Shown: in pieces, positions 27,839 to 38,129 of the stretch
Layout: every line of letters starts with the position of its first letter
How positions within the stretch are numbered: position 1 is the stretch's first letter
NCBI GenBank assembly: GCA_004431415.1
Contig: QPMI01000423.1
Location: 124,001-188,000 of the forward strand
DNA: 64,000 nucleotides
Source: Cyanophora paradoxa CCMP329
Lineage: Eukaryota; Plantae; Glaucophyta
Direction: 5' to 3'
The notes under the pieces: generated by a model
The model's database searches: none
Told to the model about the DNA's origin: nothing
Seen by the model: the letters and a program-made list of their open reading frames with translations, nothing else
Translations under genes and position numbers: made by a program

Positions 27839-30800
27839 TTAACGTGGTCTGGTTCTTGCTGTCCCCACGCCCCATGCATACCTGTTAGTGTGGTCGTACA
27901 CCTGCATTGCCTCCGCCGCCCGGACCCAGCCGTGATCGTCTGGGGGGCAGCTCAGTGAGGAGAGGGCCAGGGCGTCCCCACCCCGGTGCCTAGACATAAG
28001 CGCATGGCACTCAGCGCAGCGCTCGCGTGGCTGTACCGGCTCGTCGATTGCGAGTTTCCTGCGCTTGCGTCGGTGCCCGCCAGGTTTCGCGGCCGTCTCT
28101 CGGGGGCGCGGCTCGGCGCGTGGGGGCTTCGCGCGTCGCTCTTTCATCATCTTCGTGATCCCGCACTCCTTCTCCCAGTCCGCGTACGCTTTGCATCGTG
28201 CTGCCCAGGTTTTGTGCGCCTGTTCACCGATCGCTTTCGTTAGCTTGCGGGCGATCTTGCCCGCCTGGACCTCGTCCTCCACGGTCTCGCGAATCAGATC
28301 AGTGAGGCCGGCTGGTGGCAGCCCGCGCAGCACCCAAAGCTGAGTTTGTCTCTCTGCCTGTGTGAGGGTCGGGTCAGTCACGCGCGTGACCTTCAGAGAC
28401 GTAGCAAGCGCCTGCGGTACCGTCCGCTTGAGTGCCTCCGGTAGCTCGCTGGCGACTACCTCTGCTATTTTGGCTTCTGCTTCCGCGCGTGCCGTTACCG
28501 CTGGCGCGCTGGGGCAGGAGAGGACGTGTTCGAGCGTCTCCACGGGGCCAGCAACGAGCCGGGGCCGGCCCTCGTTATCGGTCTGGCGCACGCTGCAGAG
28601 GGCGCAGAACCCGCCGGGGTTTATCTCACTGTAGAGCTCCGGCGCGTCGCGTTTGCGGACCGAGGCTGTAGCCACCGTACCCAGCACGAGCTTCGCGTGA
28701 GTACCCCTGAAGCAGTTGCTTTCTTGGCTCACACCGACGCGGCGGGGTCCCATTGCCATCTGATCGTACACTGCGCCGTGGTCCACCGGCGCTCGCAGCC
28801 ATTCCCCCGCGTTCAGCTGGTTCTCCCAGGCAAAGTGCGTGTGGTGCGCGTGCAGCACAGCAGCATGCCGCCGGGGATCTCCTTCGACCCGCCGCACTAT
28901 CCTGTCTGGCCCTTGGATCGTCAGCACCGCCGGCATGCTGAAAGCGGGCGGGAGGAAGATGTCCTCTGTCAGCGTGTTTGGCGGCTGCGGCTCGAGCTTG
29001 GCCGCCCGTTTGGCCGCCTTGTCAGCCGCATCGTTTAGTTCGTGGAGGGGTTCCCTCTTGCTATGGGCCTTGACCTTGACGAGCGCCACCGCTCTTCGGT
29101 GTTCTCGTTGCTGCATCAGGGCTCGGAAGCGCGACCACGCATACAGCTCTGCGTTGCAGGGGTGTCTGACGTAGTCGCGCGCGTGCTGCTGGTGTGCGTT
29201 CCGCACGAACTTCTGGTACCACGTGCAGACGTTCTGACTGTCCGTGTGCAGGCGCATCCCGTTCGGCGCCAGTACGTCTGCCACGATCGCCGCTTGGAGT
29301 TCAGCTTTATTGATCTCCTGTAGCCCTCGAAGCCGGCCGAGGCATTCGGTCGCAGCCTCGTCCGGGTTCAGCCGCTCGCCGTCCGCAGCGGTCGCAGGTA
29401 CCACCACGCCGTAGCCCGCGTGCGCGCCTTCCGTCTGACCCTTGAATAGGCTCCCATCCGTCCATATGTTCAGTAACCTCGGATGCGCGTTGCCGTGCTT
29501 CTCGAGCTCGTACTTCTCGATCGTCTCCCAGAGCGCGAGTGCGTGCTGCCAGTACTGGCCGTCTTGTTCGCTCCACGTCTCAGGCCCGAAGCTCGCCTGA
29601 TACAGATCTCTCAGTTCGCGGGGGTTTGAGACGGGCGGTGCTTCATCCAGCGGTTCGGCCCTCGGCTCCGCCGCCAATGCCGTCTCGAGCGCTGTTTGCA
29701 GCGCCGCCTCCGCCTCCGGGAGTAGGGCGCGGCGGAGGAACCGTTCATCTCCGTCTTGGACTGCTTTCACTCGGGCGAGGAGGAGCAGCTGCTGGCGCTT
29801 CCGCTCGTCCAGCAGGCCGGGGTCAAAGTACGCCAGGGTCGGGCCCGTGTGGGTCTGCTTGCGCCCTCTTGTTGACGCCGTCGTCTGTCCGCCGCCAGCC
29901 GTGTCCGGCCTGGTGATGTGGATAGGTTCCTCGAGGACCTCGCCGGTCAGTCCGAAGAGGGCATCCTCGTCTTCCCACCAGCCCTGACCCTCTGCCCAGG
30001 GTCCGTCGCATTGGCTCATCTCGGGACACTGGCTCGGATCGGCATGTTCGCATCGCGCGTCGCGGTGCCAGTAGTTCTTTCCGGTTCCCTGGATCGCCGT
30101 GTATGTTCGTTTGTGTTTCTTGGGTTCCGTGTTCTGACAGTGCCCGTCGCAGCGGCAGTACAGGCCTGCGCCCTCAGCGTTCGGGTCGGCCGCGTCGGGT
30201 ACTGGCACCCAGTGCTGCAGGAGGTACTGGTACGCGCGTATGCTGCCCGCCTCTGAGCGCCAGTTCGCGACCCGTCCCACCATGGGCACCGCCTCATCCT
30301 CGTGAAGGTTTGCCGTGTCGAACACCGCTACGAAGGAGTCCTTCTCCCATCTTACTTGCCGGGCCCCAGCTGCCAGGGCGGCCATCGGCGAGGGCCGCGT
30401 GCCCGCCTTCCTCATGGGGTACTGTAGCTGCTTTCCGTCACTCGTGATGGCTTCCCTGAGCACTCGCCACCACGCAGGTTCAGCCCGCGGGAGCGTCTCT
30501 CTGGGGGCCCTCATGTACAAGTCCTGCCAGGTTCGCACGGTGGCCCCGTCCGCCGCCGTCACTGCATCCATCGTGACCACCCCAGCAGCATAGAGCTTGG
30601 GCGCTGCTTCCCTGAAAATCGAGCGCGGGATGTGCCACGCCAGGACGAAGCGTCTATCCAACCGTGCCGGCTCCGGCCACGGCTCCGCCCCCGGTACTTG
30701 CCGGAAAGCGGCGTAGCGCTCGTGATTTGACATCAGCCTGTACTGACGCCGCTGCATCTGGGGCATTAGCGCCGCCAGGCAGTTCGTTCGAACGTCCTCT

Positions 30801-33800
30801 CTCGAGACGGGGGCGTTCAGGAATTCGGTCGGGAGCAACGGTACCCCCAGCTTCTCCTGGAGGGCCCGCACACGGTGACGGACGACGCGGGCCAGCAACG
30901 AGTCTTCCGGTGCGCACAGGCGGATTTGCGCTTCCGCGATCTGAACCTCTGCCTGCAGGTGCTCGGTGCACTTGAGGCTGTACCCCCCGTGACTCCAGAT
31001 CACGTAGTTCGTCGTCGATGAGGCTAAGTGCGCATGGTGCTTCACTACCCGCATCCATATCCTATCCAGCTCTTTGCACTGCTGATCGTCCATCGTCATC
31101 AGCTTCAGGCCGTAAGCGATACGTGCCTGCACCACGGCCTGCACCAGGTAGCATGCCTCGTTTGCGGTGAGCTTTTTGCGTTCAATTGTCTTCATGGCGT
31201 TGCGTGCCTGATCACGTACGTACTGCCACTGCCGCCCCCAGTTGAGGTTCGCGCTCATGTACACTCCGAGGAGCTTGAAGTGTTCGTGGGGCTCAAGGAC
31301 CACCCCGACGGGGGTACCGTTTATGCGCGGCGGCGCCGGTTTCTTCTCCTTCTTCTTCGCAGCGGGGTGCGCCCCCGCGACGCTCTCAAACTCGCGGGGG
31401 GCGTTGTTCCACGTGAAGATCGTTTTCTTTGCATTGACTTCGATATCGTGCAGGCGGAAGAACTCGCCGGCCACGTCAGCCATTATTTGCAGCCCCGCCA
31501 GGCTGCTGCTCGCCCACTTCGTATCGTCTGCGTACGCCAGCCCGCAGACCCGTGCTCGCCGACCGAGCTCGGCCTGGCTCTTGTCTTTGGGGTCCCCCAT
31601 CACGTAAGCCGTACCCGTCCCCGACTGCAGCCAGCCTGCCACCGAGCTAGCCCGGCTGTCCTGACGCTCAATTTCGTCCATTCTCTCTTGCGCGCAGAGG
31701 AGCGCGTCGTAGAAGATCAGCCAGTGCAGCGGCGATTCGACGCCGCCCTGCGGGAGTCCGCACTCAAGCTCGAATTCGTCGGAGAGGCCGTGCCCCGAGA
31801 TCGCCCTGGCTCGGCGCCGGCGGAAGATGTTCCTGTGGAGTTCGATGTACCCTTCCGGTATGCACAGCCTCCGCATCGAGAGCTCCATGCTCTCCCACGA
31901 TACCGAGTCGTACGCGCGCCTGATATCCTGCAGCAGGACGTAGATGGGCTTCTTGAACTGCTTTGCGTCCTCGAGCATAGCGTTGAAGACGTGTAGGGCG
32001 TCGTCCGTGGAGCATCCAGGTCTGAACCCGTAGTTCGCACCCTTCAGCAGCCCGTTCTGATGGATTGTCCGGGACAGGCGCTCATTGAGGAGACCCGTGG
32101 TGAGCTTCAGGGCTACCTCTTGGAGTGTAATTGGCCGCAGGTTATTATCAATATCCCCGTCCCACTCTCCGTTCTTAGGGATTCCGAAGACGTTGCCTTG
32201 GCAGACCGAGTCTGGCAAGTCTCTGAGACGGATCGTTTCCGCTACCATCGAGTGCAGCAGCCTCCGGCCCCAGGGCTCCGGCTCCTCTTCTTCCTCCTCC
32301 TCCGCCGCCTGCGGGGCGCCGGCTCGGCCCTGGTCTCCCGAGGGGGCCCTCTCCTTCTTTTTCTTGGGGATCTTTGCCCACAGGAACTTTGCCATAGCGT
32401 AGGAGAGGTTGGAAGGCCCCGCTGCCGTGTTGCCTAGCGTTTTGATGTAGTCCCCTAGCTCGGTTTCGGATGGCACAGCCATATCGTTCTCGAAGAGGGC
32501 CGGGTTCCCGCGCGGCTTGTACTCTTTCTGCCAGAAGTCAAGCAGGCGCTTTCCGCTTTTTGTTTTGAGCTCGCTATCCGGCACCTCCCCGACAGTACAG
32601 CCCACTCGGGGTCGCCGTCTTTGGCACCAAGTTTTCCAATGTTCGCGTAGGAGCCGCTTCACTTCTGCCGGTTCCGTATAGATCTCGTATGTCTTTCCGT
32701 CCTGCGAGCGGCGGGTGATGTGCATTATCGGCCGGCTCTTAGGCTTCTCGAGCACAGAGGCTATGTATGCCCCCAGGCGGCGGCCGTCCATGAAGTCGTC
32801 TAGCCGGTTCTTTACGGCCCTGGAAATGTCTGCTGCTTTGTCTTGCCTCCGCAGTTTCTGCAGGTCGTGCCTGGTGCGATTCCGCCAGGTTTTCAGTTCA
32901 CGGAAGAAAGATGCCCAGTCTTCTTTCAGTTGCGCGCGCTTCGTATGCCCGTCGCGTGCGTCGAAGGGCTGGGGGGGTACAGTGGGGTCCGGGCGCTGGT
33001 CCGGCGAGTTAGCTATAGGGTCCGAGGCAGGCGCTGGTGCAGTCGCCTCGCCAGCGTTAGCTGCCGCTCGCCTCCGTTCCGTAGGCCGCAGCGGGAGGGG
33101 CCGAGCGCCCTCCTGTCTTGTCACGAACTTCTGGAGCTTCTCTATCTTGTCGATCGTTCTTAGCGACGGGATTCCGCTCGGTTCCTGCATCCATGCGGCC
33201 CAGATCCGGCCCAGCTTGGAATCCGCTTTCGCCTGCCACGGCAGGTTGCGCGGCTTGGTCGGGTGCGAGCCCCTGCTCTTCATGGCTTTGTGGTCCTTCG
33301 CCACTTTCTGAACTAGCCGCGCGCTTTCAGTGTGGATGCGGGCGAGGTGCTCGAGGCGTTCTTCCCGGGTGCCGCTCCCGACCGCCTCAAGGTCCGGGCC
33401 CAGCACTTCGCCGATGCGTTTGTTGAGGTCTCTTTTCAGCTCATCTTTCTCCTCGTCCGTCAGCTTGCGGGAGTCCGGGTCGAAGACCGGCGGTCCCGGC
33501 GTTGGGGTCTGCATCGGTCCCGTCGGAGCCTTCAGGCCCGCGGCCTCCAGCGAGAAGTCCGCGAGCACCGGGAAGTGATCCGAGTCGTGAGGCGCATCGA
33601 CGTGTGCCGGGCAGGTGTGCGCGCTCAGGAGCGCCTTGTCAAGTGACTCTGACACCAGGACCGCGTCGATGCGTGCCGCGTGCCAGACGGCGTCCTGCGG
33701 CAGGTCGGCCGGAGCAGCGTCGTCGTCGTGTGAGCCGCTAGCGCCGGTATCGTCTCCACTTCTCGGAAGGTGCGTCCTGTGCGTCACTTCCCGCGCCGCG

Positions 33801-34642
33801 CTCCATTCGCCGCTATCGTGCGCGGCAGAGTGCGTGATCGCCGCGTCGCGCAGGTCCCACGTGTCGATCATCGTGTTCCACCACTTCCGTTCCGGCGTTC
33901 GGCTGGGAACGGGGGCCCCGTTTCGGACGCGGGACAGTTCCGGGACCGCCACCGAGTTCCAGTCTCCTAGCAGCAACAGGTGCGCGTTCGATCGCGTGCT
34001 GAAATCAGCGATCAGTTTCTCAAGTTCCTGCAGGATTCTGTCTTGGTCCCGCCGGTGTTCGTCTGTCGCTTCCGACGCGGGCATGTAGATGCTCACGACG
34101 AACAGCTGGCGGTTCTCTTTGAACCGGAGCTCGAACCCGATCATCCGGCCCGGCACCTCGTACTTTTTCGTCAGGTGCTTGACCCATTGCGGCGCCACCC
34201 AGAGAGCTGCTCCGTTGCCGTGCCACCGGGTTGATTTCGTCGTGTACAGGAGCTTTCCATAGGTGATGGCGCCCTCGGGCAGGTCGCCCATGCCGGGCGA
34301 GCGGAGCGCGGCTGCGATGTCGCCTTTCGACATAGAGATCTCCTGCAGCCCGGCGAAGTCTACCCCCCACCGCCGGCAGAAGTCTTCGGTCTGTTGCAGC
34401 TTGGATTCGCTGGAGCCTCTCGTGTTAAATGTCATGGCCCGTAGAGCTCCTTCAGGTTTCTTTTTTTCGATTGTCGGCGCCGTTCCGATGGTGTCCCCGC
34501 CCTCGGGAAAATTCTCGGGGGGGAAGATGTCTTGTAGTTTGAGGGATAGGGATGGCATGCTCCGCGAGGGCCCAGCTCGCGCCCTTTGCAGCGGCTTCTG
34601 CTTTTCTATCTTGCTCTCATTTCTTTTCCTTTTGTTTTTCAT
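27839..34642 (-). CDS. ORF2 polyprotein: AP-endonuclease, reverse transcriptase, RNase H, CCHC zinc finger (2267 aa)
   Basis: APE: TFNTRG, GLQE, SIYMP, LGDWN, RIDAVLV, SDHFPV. RT: RPITL, YGFRPG, DIRRAYDSV, GLPQGGVESP, YADD, LLGV. RNase H: IWTDGS, NKAELQA, TDSQ, KVKAH, NDAADKAAK. Zinc finger: CALC...ETLEHVLSCP. Confidence 0.97.
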   Translation of the reverse strand: MKNKRKRNESKIEKQKPLQRARAGPSRSMPSLSLKLQDIFPPENFPEGGDTIGTAPTIEKKKPEGALRAMTFNTRGSSESKLQQTEDFCRRWGVDFAGLQEISMSKGDIAAALRSPGMGDLPEGAITYGKLLYTTKSTRWHGNGAALWVAPQWVKHLTKKYEVPGRMIGFELRFKENRQLFVVSIYMPASEATDEHRRDQDRILQELEKLIADFSTRSNAHLLLLGDWNSVAVPELSRVRNGAPVPSRTPERKWWNTMIDTWDLRDAAITHSAAHDSGEWSAAREVTHRTHLPRSGDDTGASGSHDDDAAPADLPQDAVWHAARIDAVLVSESLDKALLSAHTCPAHVDAPHDSDHFPVLADFSLEAAGLKAPTGPMQTPTPGPPVFDPDSRKLTDEEKDELKRDLNKRIGEVLGPDLEAVGSGTREERLEHLARIHTESARLVQKVAKDHKAMKSRGSHPTKPRNLPWQAKADSKLGRIWAAWMQEPSGIPSLRTIDKIEKLQKFVTRQEGARPLPLRPTERRRAAANAGEATAPAPASDPIANSPDQRPDPTVPPQPFDARDGHTKRAQLKEDWASFFRELKTWRNRTRHDLQKLRRQDKAADISRAVKNRLDDFMDGRRLGAYIASVLEKPKSRPIMHITRRSQDGKTYEIYTEPAEVKRLLREHWKTWCQRRRPRVGCTVGEVPDSELKTKSGKRLLDFWQKEYKPRGNPALFENDMAVPSETELGDYIKTLGNTAAGPSNLSYAMAKFLWAKIPKKKKERAPSGDQGRAGAPQAAEEEEEEEPEPWGRRLLHSMVAETIRLRDLPDSVCQGNVFGIPKNGEWDGDIDNNLRPITLQEVALKLTTGLLNERLSRTIHQNGLLKGANYGFRPGCSTDDALHVFNAMLEDAKQFKKPIYVLLQDIRRAYDSVSWESMELSMRRLCIPEGYIELHRNIFRRRRARAISGHGLSDEFELECGLPQGGVESPLHWLIFYDALLCAQERMDEIERQDSRASSVAGWLQSGTGTAYVMGDPKDKSQAELGRRARVCGLAYADDTKWASSSLAGLQIMADVAGEFFRLHDIEVNAKKTIFTWNNAPREFESVAGAHPAAKKKEKKPAPPRINGTPVGVVLEPHEHFKLLGVYMSANLNWGRQWQYVRDQARNAMKTIERKKLTANEACYLVQAVVQARIAYGLKLMTMDDQQCKELDRIWMRVVKHHAHLASSTTNYVIWSHGGYSLKCTEHLQAEVQIAEAQIRLCAPEDSLLARVVRHRVRALQEKLGVPLLPTEFLNAPVSREDVRTNCLAALMPQMQRRQYRLMSNHERYAAFRQVPGAEPWPEPARLDRRFVLAWHIPRSIFREAAPKLYAAGVVTMDAVTAADGATVRTWQDLYMRAPRETLPRAEPAWWRVLREAITSDGKQLQYPMRKAGTRPSPMAALAAGARQVRWEKDSFVAVFDTANLHEDEAVPMVGRVANWRSEAGSIRAYQYLLQHWVPVPDAADPNAEGAGLYCRCDGHCQNTEPKKHKRTYTAIQGTGKNYWHRDARCEHADPSQCPEMSQCDGPWAEGQGWWEDEDALFGLTGEVLEEPIHITRPDTAGGGQTTASTRGRKQTHTGPTLAYFDPGLLDERKRQQLLLLARVKAVQDGDERFLRRALLPEAEAALQTALETALAAEPRAEPLDEAPPVSNPRELRDLYQASFGPETWSEQDGQYWQHALALWETIEKYELEKHGNAHPRLLNIWTDGSLFKGQTEGAHAGYGVVVPATAADGERLNPDEAATECLGRLRGLQEINKAELQAAIVADVLAPNGMRLHTDSQNVCTWYQKFVRNAHQQHARDYVRHPCNAELYAWSRFRALMQQREHRRAVALVKVKAHSKREPLHELNDAADKAAKRAAKLEPQPPNTLTEDIFLPPAFSMPAVLTIQGPDRIVRRVEGDPRRHAAVLHAHHTHFAWENQLNAGEWLRAPVDHGAVYDQMAMGPRRVGVSQESNCFRGTHAKLVLGTVATASVRKRDAPELYSEINPGGFCALCSVRQTDNEGRPRLVAGPVETLEHVLSCPSAPAVTARAEAEAKIAEVVASELPEALKRTVPQALATSLKVTRVTDPTLTQAERQTQLWVLRGLPPAGLTDLIRETVEDEVQAGKIARKLTKAIGEQAHKTWAARCKAYADWEKECGITKMMKERRAKPPRAEPRPRETAAKPGGHRRKRRKLAIDEPVQPRERCAECHALMSRHRGGDALALSSLSCPPDDHGWVRAAEAMQVYDHTNRYAWGVGTARTRPR

Positions 34643-37600
34643 TTTATGATGTATATATCTGTCTGCGGGGCCCGCGGCCGGATTCGGCGCGCTATCGGTT
34701 GTTTTGTGGGAACGGGGCGTGCACTGGCCTTGTTATCTTTACACCATCTGCCGACTACCTTTCTAGTGGCTTCTGCGCTTCTTGGCCCCCACGGGGACCA
34801 GGGCCTGGGCGTACGAGTGGGGGCCTTGAGGCAGTAGGGCCGCCTGGTAAGGTGGGGGTGGGGCCGCGAGGGCGCGCACATGCACCCCCAGGGAGCCGGC
34901 GAGCTGCGCCCTGTTCGCCGCCTGCTGCAGGGCGGCCGCGTCCGCTGCCTGCCGTTTCTGGGCGGTCCGCTGGGCCTGGTCCTGCTTGCGTGCCGCCCAC
35001 TCCGCGTTTCGCTGCGGCTGTGCCGCGTCCGCAGCCTCGCGTGCTGCAGCATTGCTCTTGTATTCCTCCGCAACGCGCTTGTCCCGCTCCTCTCGCTGCG
35101 TGCGGCGCTGGCTGCTGCACAGCAGGCCGCGCGTACCACTTGAGGCGGGGGCAGCGTGGAGCAGCGAGAGGCCTCGCTTGACGAAGTAGCTAGCCGCGCC
35201 TCGAGCAAAGTCGTCCGGCTCGGAGCATTTGTGGCACGGGAAGAGGCTCTGCGCAAGGCGCCCGTGGTCAGTGGCGTCCGGTGCGGACCCCAGTGGGCCC
35301 GGCGTTGTGGACCTCGAAGGGGACTGCCGCCATTGAGCCGAGAAGCGGCTGATAGGCGCGTTCCCGCGTCACCGCAGCGGCCGGCGTCACCGGCGTCGCC
35401 GGAGCTGGGTTCGTGGTCCATGCTCCGCCGAGCAGGTCTTGGAGGGTCCCCGCCGCGCTCCCCGCCTTGAGCATCACGTGGAAGCAGTTGTGACGGAGCC
35501 ACTGCGTCGAGCAGAACATGGGGTCGGGCGCGCCGGTCGCCGTGGCCCGTTTCACCGCGTTCTCGTTGATGCGCTCCATGCCCCGCTTGGCCGAGCTCAT
35601 CCAAACTATGCGGTCCTGCCCGCATGTCAGAGGCGGGTCCACCGTGCGCAGGCTGTCGCGTTAGCGTTGGCGCCTTAGCTCGCGGGCGTACCGCGCCGAT
35701 GGCGTGGAGGAGGTCCCAGTTGTCGGGCTCCTCGTCCGCCGAGGGCTCCGGCAGGCGTTCGCGGGTGAGGGGGAAGTTCGGCTCCACGTGAAGGACCGTG
35801 AAGGCGTTCTCGTGTGTCAGTTTCGGTGGCGCGTCCGCGCCCGCAATGATGCGCGCGATCGTCCGCTGTTCCGGCCAGCTGAAAGGGGCCGCCGTGAGGT
35901 TCTTGACAAGGTCGCCGACGTGTGGCACGGTGCAGCTCATCTGCCGCAGCGTCCAGTCAGGTTGACCGCTTGCGCCCGGTTCGGCGCGTGGAGGGCGCAC
36001 GCGATAGGTGTTGCCTTGAGCAAGATTGCTCTTCTTTGCCATGTACGAGCAGTGCCGCTCGTGTACCAGGACCGGGTTGACCCGGAGAGCGTCTTCCAGG
36101 AGCCCCAGCGATTCGAGTGCCTGCGCAGGCGGGTGCAAGACTGTCCTCAGCAGATGCGGCGCGCCAGCGCTGCGCCAGGGTCCGGGCGTTGGCGTTCGTA
36201 CCTCGGCGACGAGGCGTTCCACGCATTCAGTCGAGTCGTCCGCCGAGATGTCCAGCGGGACATCGATGAGTTGGACGCAGCCCGGTTTCTTCTGGCTGAC
36301 GCCATCGAGGAAGGGCTCGCGGAAGTGCGCCACCCGCAGGCCTGTGCCCAGGGGTACGACGAAGGATGGGTCGCGTCGTGGCACTCCGAAGAGCTTCAGT
36401 TGGTCGTCTTTGGTCTTGAGGGCGATCTGCACGGTGCGGTGATGCGCGAAAGTGCTCGGCTTGGCCGAGTCAGCTAAGAAACCGATCGCCCGCGCCCGAC
36501 ACAGCTCCTTCAGCCAGGTGCTGGCCTCGACGTCCGTCATGTGCTTCTTCGTCATGGCTTCCACATCGTCTATGTAGAACTCCGCCATGTACGACGAGGA
36601 GGTAACCGTGGGCGTGTGCTTGTTCTTGAGCGCCTCCAGGGCCTTCGCACGCGCGTCCGGTGAGGGCGCCGTTGCCGCGGGGTTGCTCGCTTTGCCTACG
36701 TAGTTATCAGCTACGCGAGTGTATATATATAACCTCGCTGTGCGTCGCGCACCGTGCATGAGGGCTTTTAGGGCTGCGCTGGCCTCCGGCACCGCAGAGG
36801 CGGGCCTGCGCGGGACCGGGGGGAGCGAGTTGAGGCCTTTCGTGAGTTCGTCCATATCTGACAGTGCGGTCAGAGTCGGCGTGTCGGCCGACGGCGTGTG
36901 GGCCCGGGTGTGTGGCATACCGCTGTCTGCCACGTCGGCCTCCCTTTGGTTTCCTGGGGCTCCAGCACTGCTTTCGGGCTGTTCTGTAGTGCCGATTAGT
37001 AAGCGGGAGGTTTGCGAGCGTCGTCCCGGGGGCTCACTTTCTTTCTTCTTCTTCTCCGCTGCCTGGAGCCTGTGCTCCACTATAGGTAGGATGCGCGCGT
37101 CCCATTCTTCCAGTGTGGACTCGGTTAGGTTGAAGAAGGTCCACATCGCACTTGCCGATGTGTAGAGTCTCTCCGCCGCAAGGTCGTCCGCGCTGAGGCC
37201 TCCGAATTCACCGAACTGCGCATGGCGCGCGACGGCGAAGAGGACGAGTTCCAGGGGCGGCCGGACAGGCGGAGCTCCTATCATGTGTTCCGGGCTCGGC
37301 AGTACGAGGATCTCGGCCGCCTGTTCGACGATCTCCCTCCCCAGTGTTGAGAGGTTGCTCAGGAGCGTCCGCGGCGTCTTCGTTGCGTTGACATCGCTGC
37401 CCAGGTACTCACGAAGGTCGGGGTCTTCTTCGACCTCCTCCAGGACGCGCTTGCGGATGGAGCCGTCAATAAAGCCGGCATTGCTGCCGTACTGGGCGTC
37501 GTTGAGGACAATATCTCCTTGGGCGTCGAGCTGCGGCGCGCTTTTGCCCGCGCTTGCGCTCGGTTGCGAACTGTCACCTTTGCCGGCGCCGCGCTGCGCG

Positions 37601-37938
37601 GGAGACACGAGAGTCAGTTCCGCGCGAGGCGCAGTCTGATCATACGAGCTTGGTCCTAGGCACGGGGACGTGCAGGAGACGTAAACGAAGGGACCGCAAT
37701 TGGTCCGTAGAGTCCCGTGGGCCGCCGAGTTCCCAGTAGCAACATGACGGCATAAGCCGTAATCGGACTGACGGCATAAGCCGGATAGACACGTCGACGA
37801 GTGGACCGCACCACTCACTATCGGGATTTGGCGGGAGTTCAGGGGAATTTCAAATTTGCCTAGCACTCCGAGGGCCCGTGCGGCGGCCACGGGCGTCCTC
37901 GGAGGGTTAGCAAACTTTATAGTGCCTAGCGGACTCAT
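34639..37938 (-). CDS. LINE ORF1 (gag-like position); the C-terminal third is probably frameshifted
   Basis: Long ORF directly upstream of ORF2 inside the TSD-bounded element; first ATG at 37938; after ~35660 other frames read more protein-like. Confidence 0.75.
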   Translation of the reverse strand: MSPLGTIKFANPPRTPVAAARALGVLGKFEIPLNSRQIPIVSGAVHSSTCLSGLCRQSDYGLCRHVATGNSAAHGTLRTNCGPFVYVSCTSPCLGPSSYDQTAPRAELTLVSPAQRGAGKGDSSQPSASAGKSAPQLDAQGDIVLNDAQYGSNAGFIDGSIRKRVLEEVEEDPDLREYLGSDVNATKTPRTLLSNLSTLGREIVEQAAEILVLPSPEHMIGAPPVRPPLELVLFAVARHAQFGEFGGLSADDLAAERLYTSASAMWTFFNLTESTLEEWDARILPIVEHRLQAAEKKKKESEPPGRRSQTSRLLIGTTEQPESSAGAPGNQREADVADSGMPHTRAHTPSADTPTLTALSDMDELTKGLNSLPPVPRRPASAVPEASAALKALMHGARRTARLYIYTRVADNYVGKASNPAATAPSPDARAKALEALKNKHTPTVTSSSYMAEFYIDDVEAMTKKHMTDVEASTWLKELCRARAIGFLADSAKPSTFAHHRTVQIALKTKDDQLKLFGVPRRDPSFVVPLGTGLRVAHFREPFLDGVSQKKPGCVQLIDVPLDISADDSTECVERLVAEVRTPTPGPWRSAGAPHLLRTVLHPPAQALESLGLLEDALRVNPVLVHERHCSYMAKKSNLAQGNTYRVRPPRAEPGASGQPDWTLRQMSCTVPHVGDLVKNLTAAPFSWPEQRTIARIIAGADAPPKLTHENAFTVLHVEPNFPLTRERLPEPSADEEPDNWDLLHAIGAVRPRAKAPTLTRQPAHGGPASDMRAGPHSLDELGQAGHGAHQRERGETGHGDRRARPHVLLDAVAPSQLLPRDAQGGERGGDPPRPARRSMDHEPSSGDAGDAGRCGDAGTRLSAASRLNGGSPLRGPQRRAHWGPHRTPLTTGALRRASSRATNAPSRTTLLEARLATSSSEASRCSTLPPPQVVRAACCAAASAARSERSGTSALRRNTRAMLQHARLRTRHSRSETRSGRHASRTRPSGPPRNGRQRTRPPCSRRRTGRSSPAPWGCMCAPSRPHPHLTRRPYCLKAPTRTPRPWSPWGPRSAEATRKVVGRWCKDNKASARPVPTKQPIARRIRPRAPQTDIYIIK

Positions 37939-38129
37939 TGTCCGGGAGGGATCGGGGCGGGCGGGAGTGGAAAATTTCAAACCTTGGCCATCTTGTCAAA
38001 CTTGCTGGGAGGCTAGCCCTAGTGCCCTTATGAGTAGTTGCGCGGCCCGGCCGCGTCGGACGTTGCCTGGTGTCCCAGGGAGAGCGCCCGAAGGACGACA
38101 CACAAATTTCCTGGGGTACCGGAATCGTC

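Larger units (their letters stand above)
27430..38129 (-). mobile_element. LINE-C: full-length 10.7-kb non-LTR retrotransposon with RNase H
   Basis: 19-bp TSD ACGAAAGCGCGCCAGGGAC at 27411-27429 and 38130-38148 inside a satellite unit; two long ORFs; ~410-bp 3' UTR. Confidence 0.96.

Noticed and set aside
34639-34642. ATGA stop/start overlap suggesting ORF1-ORF2 translational coupling
   Set aside because: Present in the sequence, but the ORF1 frame there looks non-coding and the likely true stop is 34763; left unclaimed
27986-37739. Plus-strand ORFs antisense to LINE-C
   Set aside because: Shadow ORFs of GC-rich coding sequence
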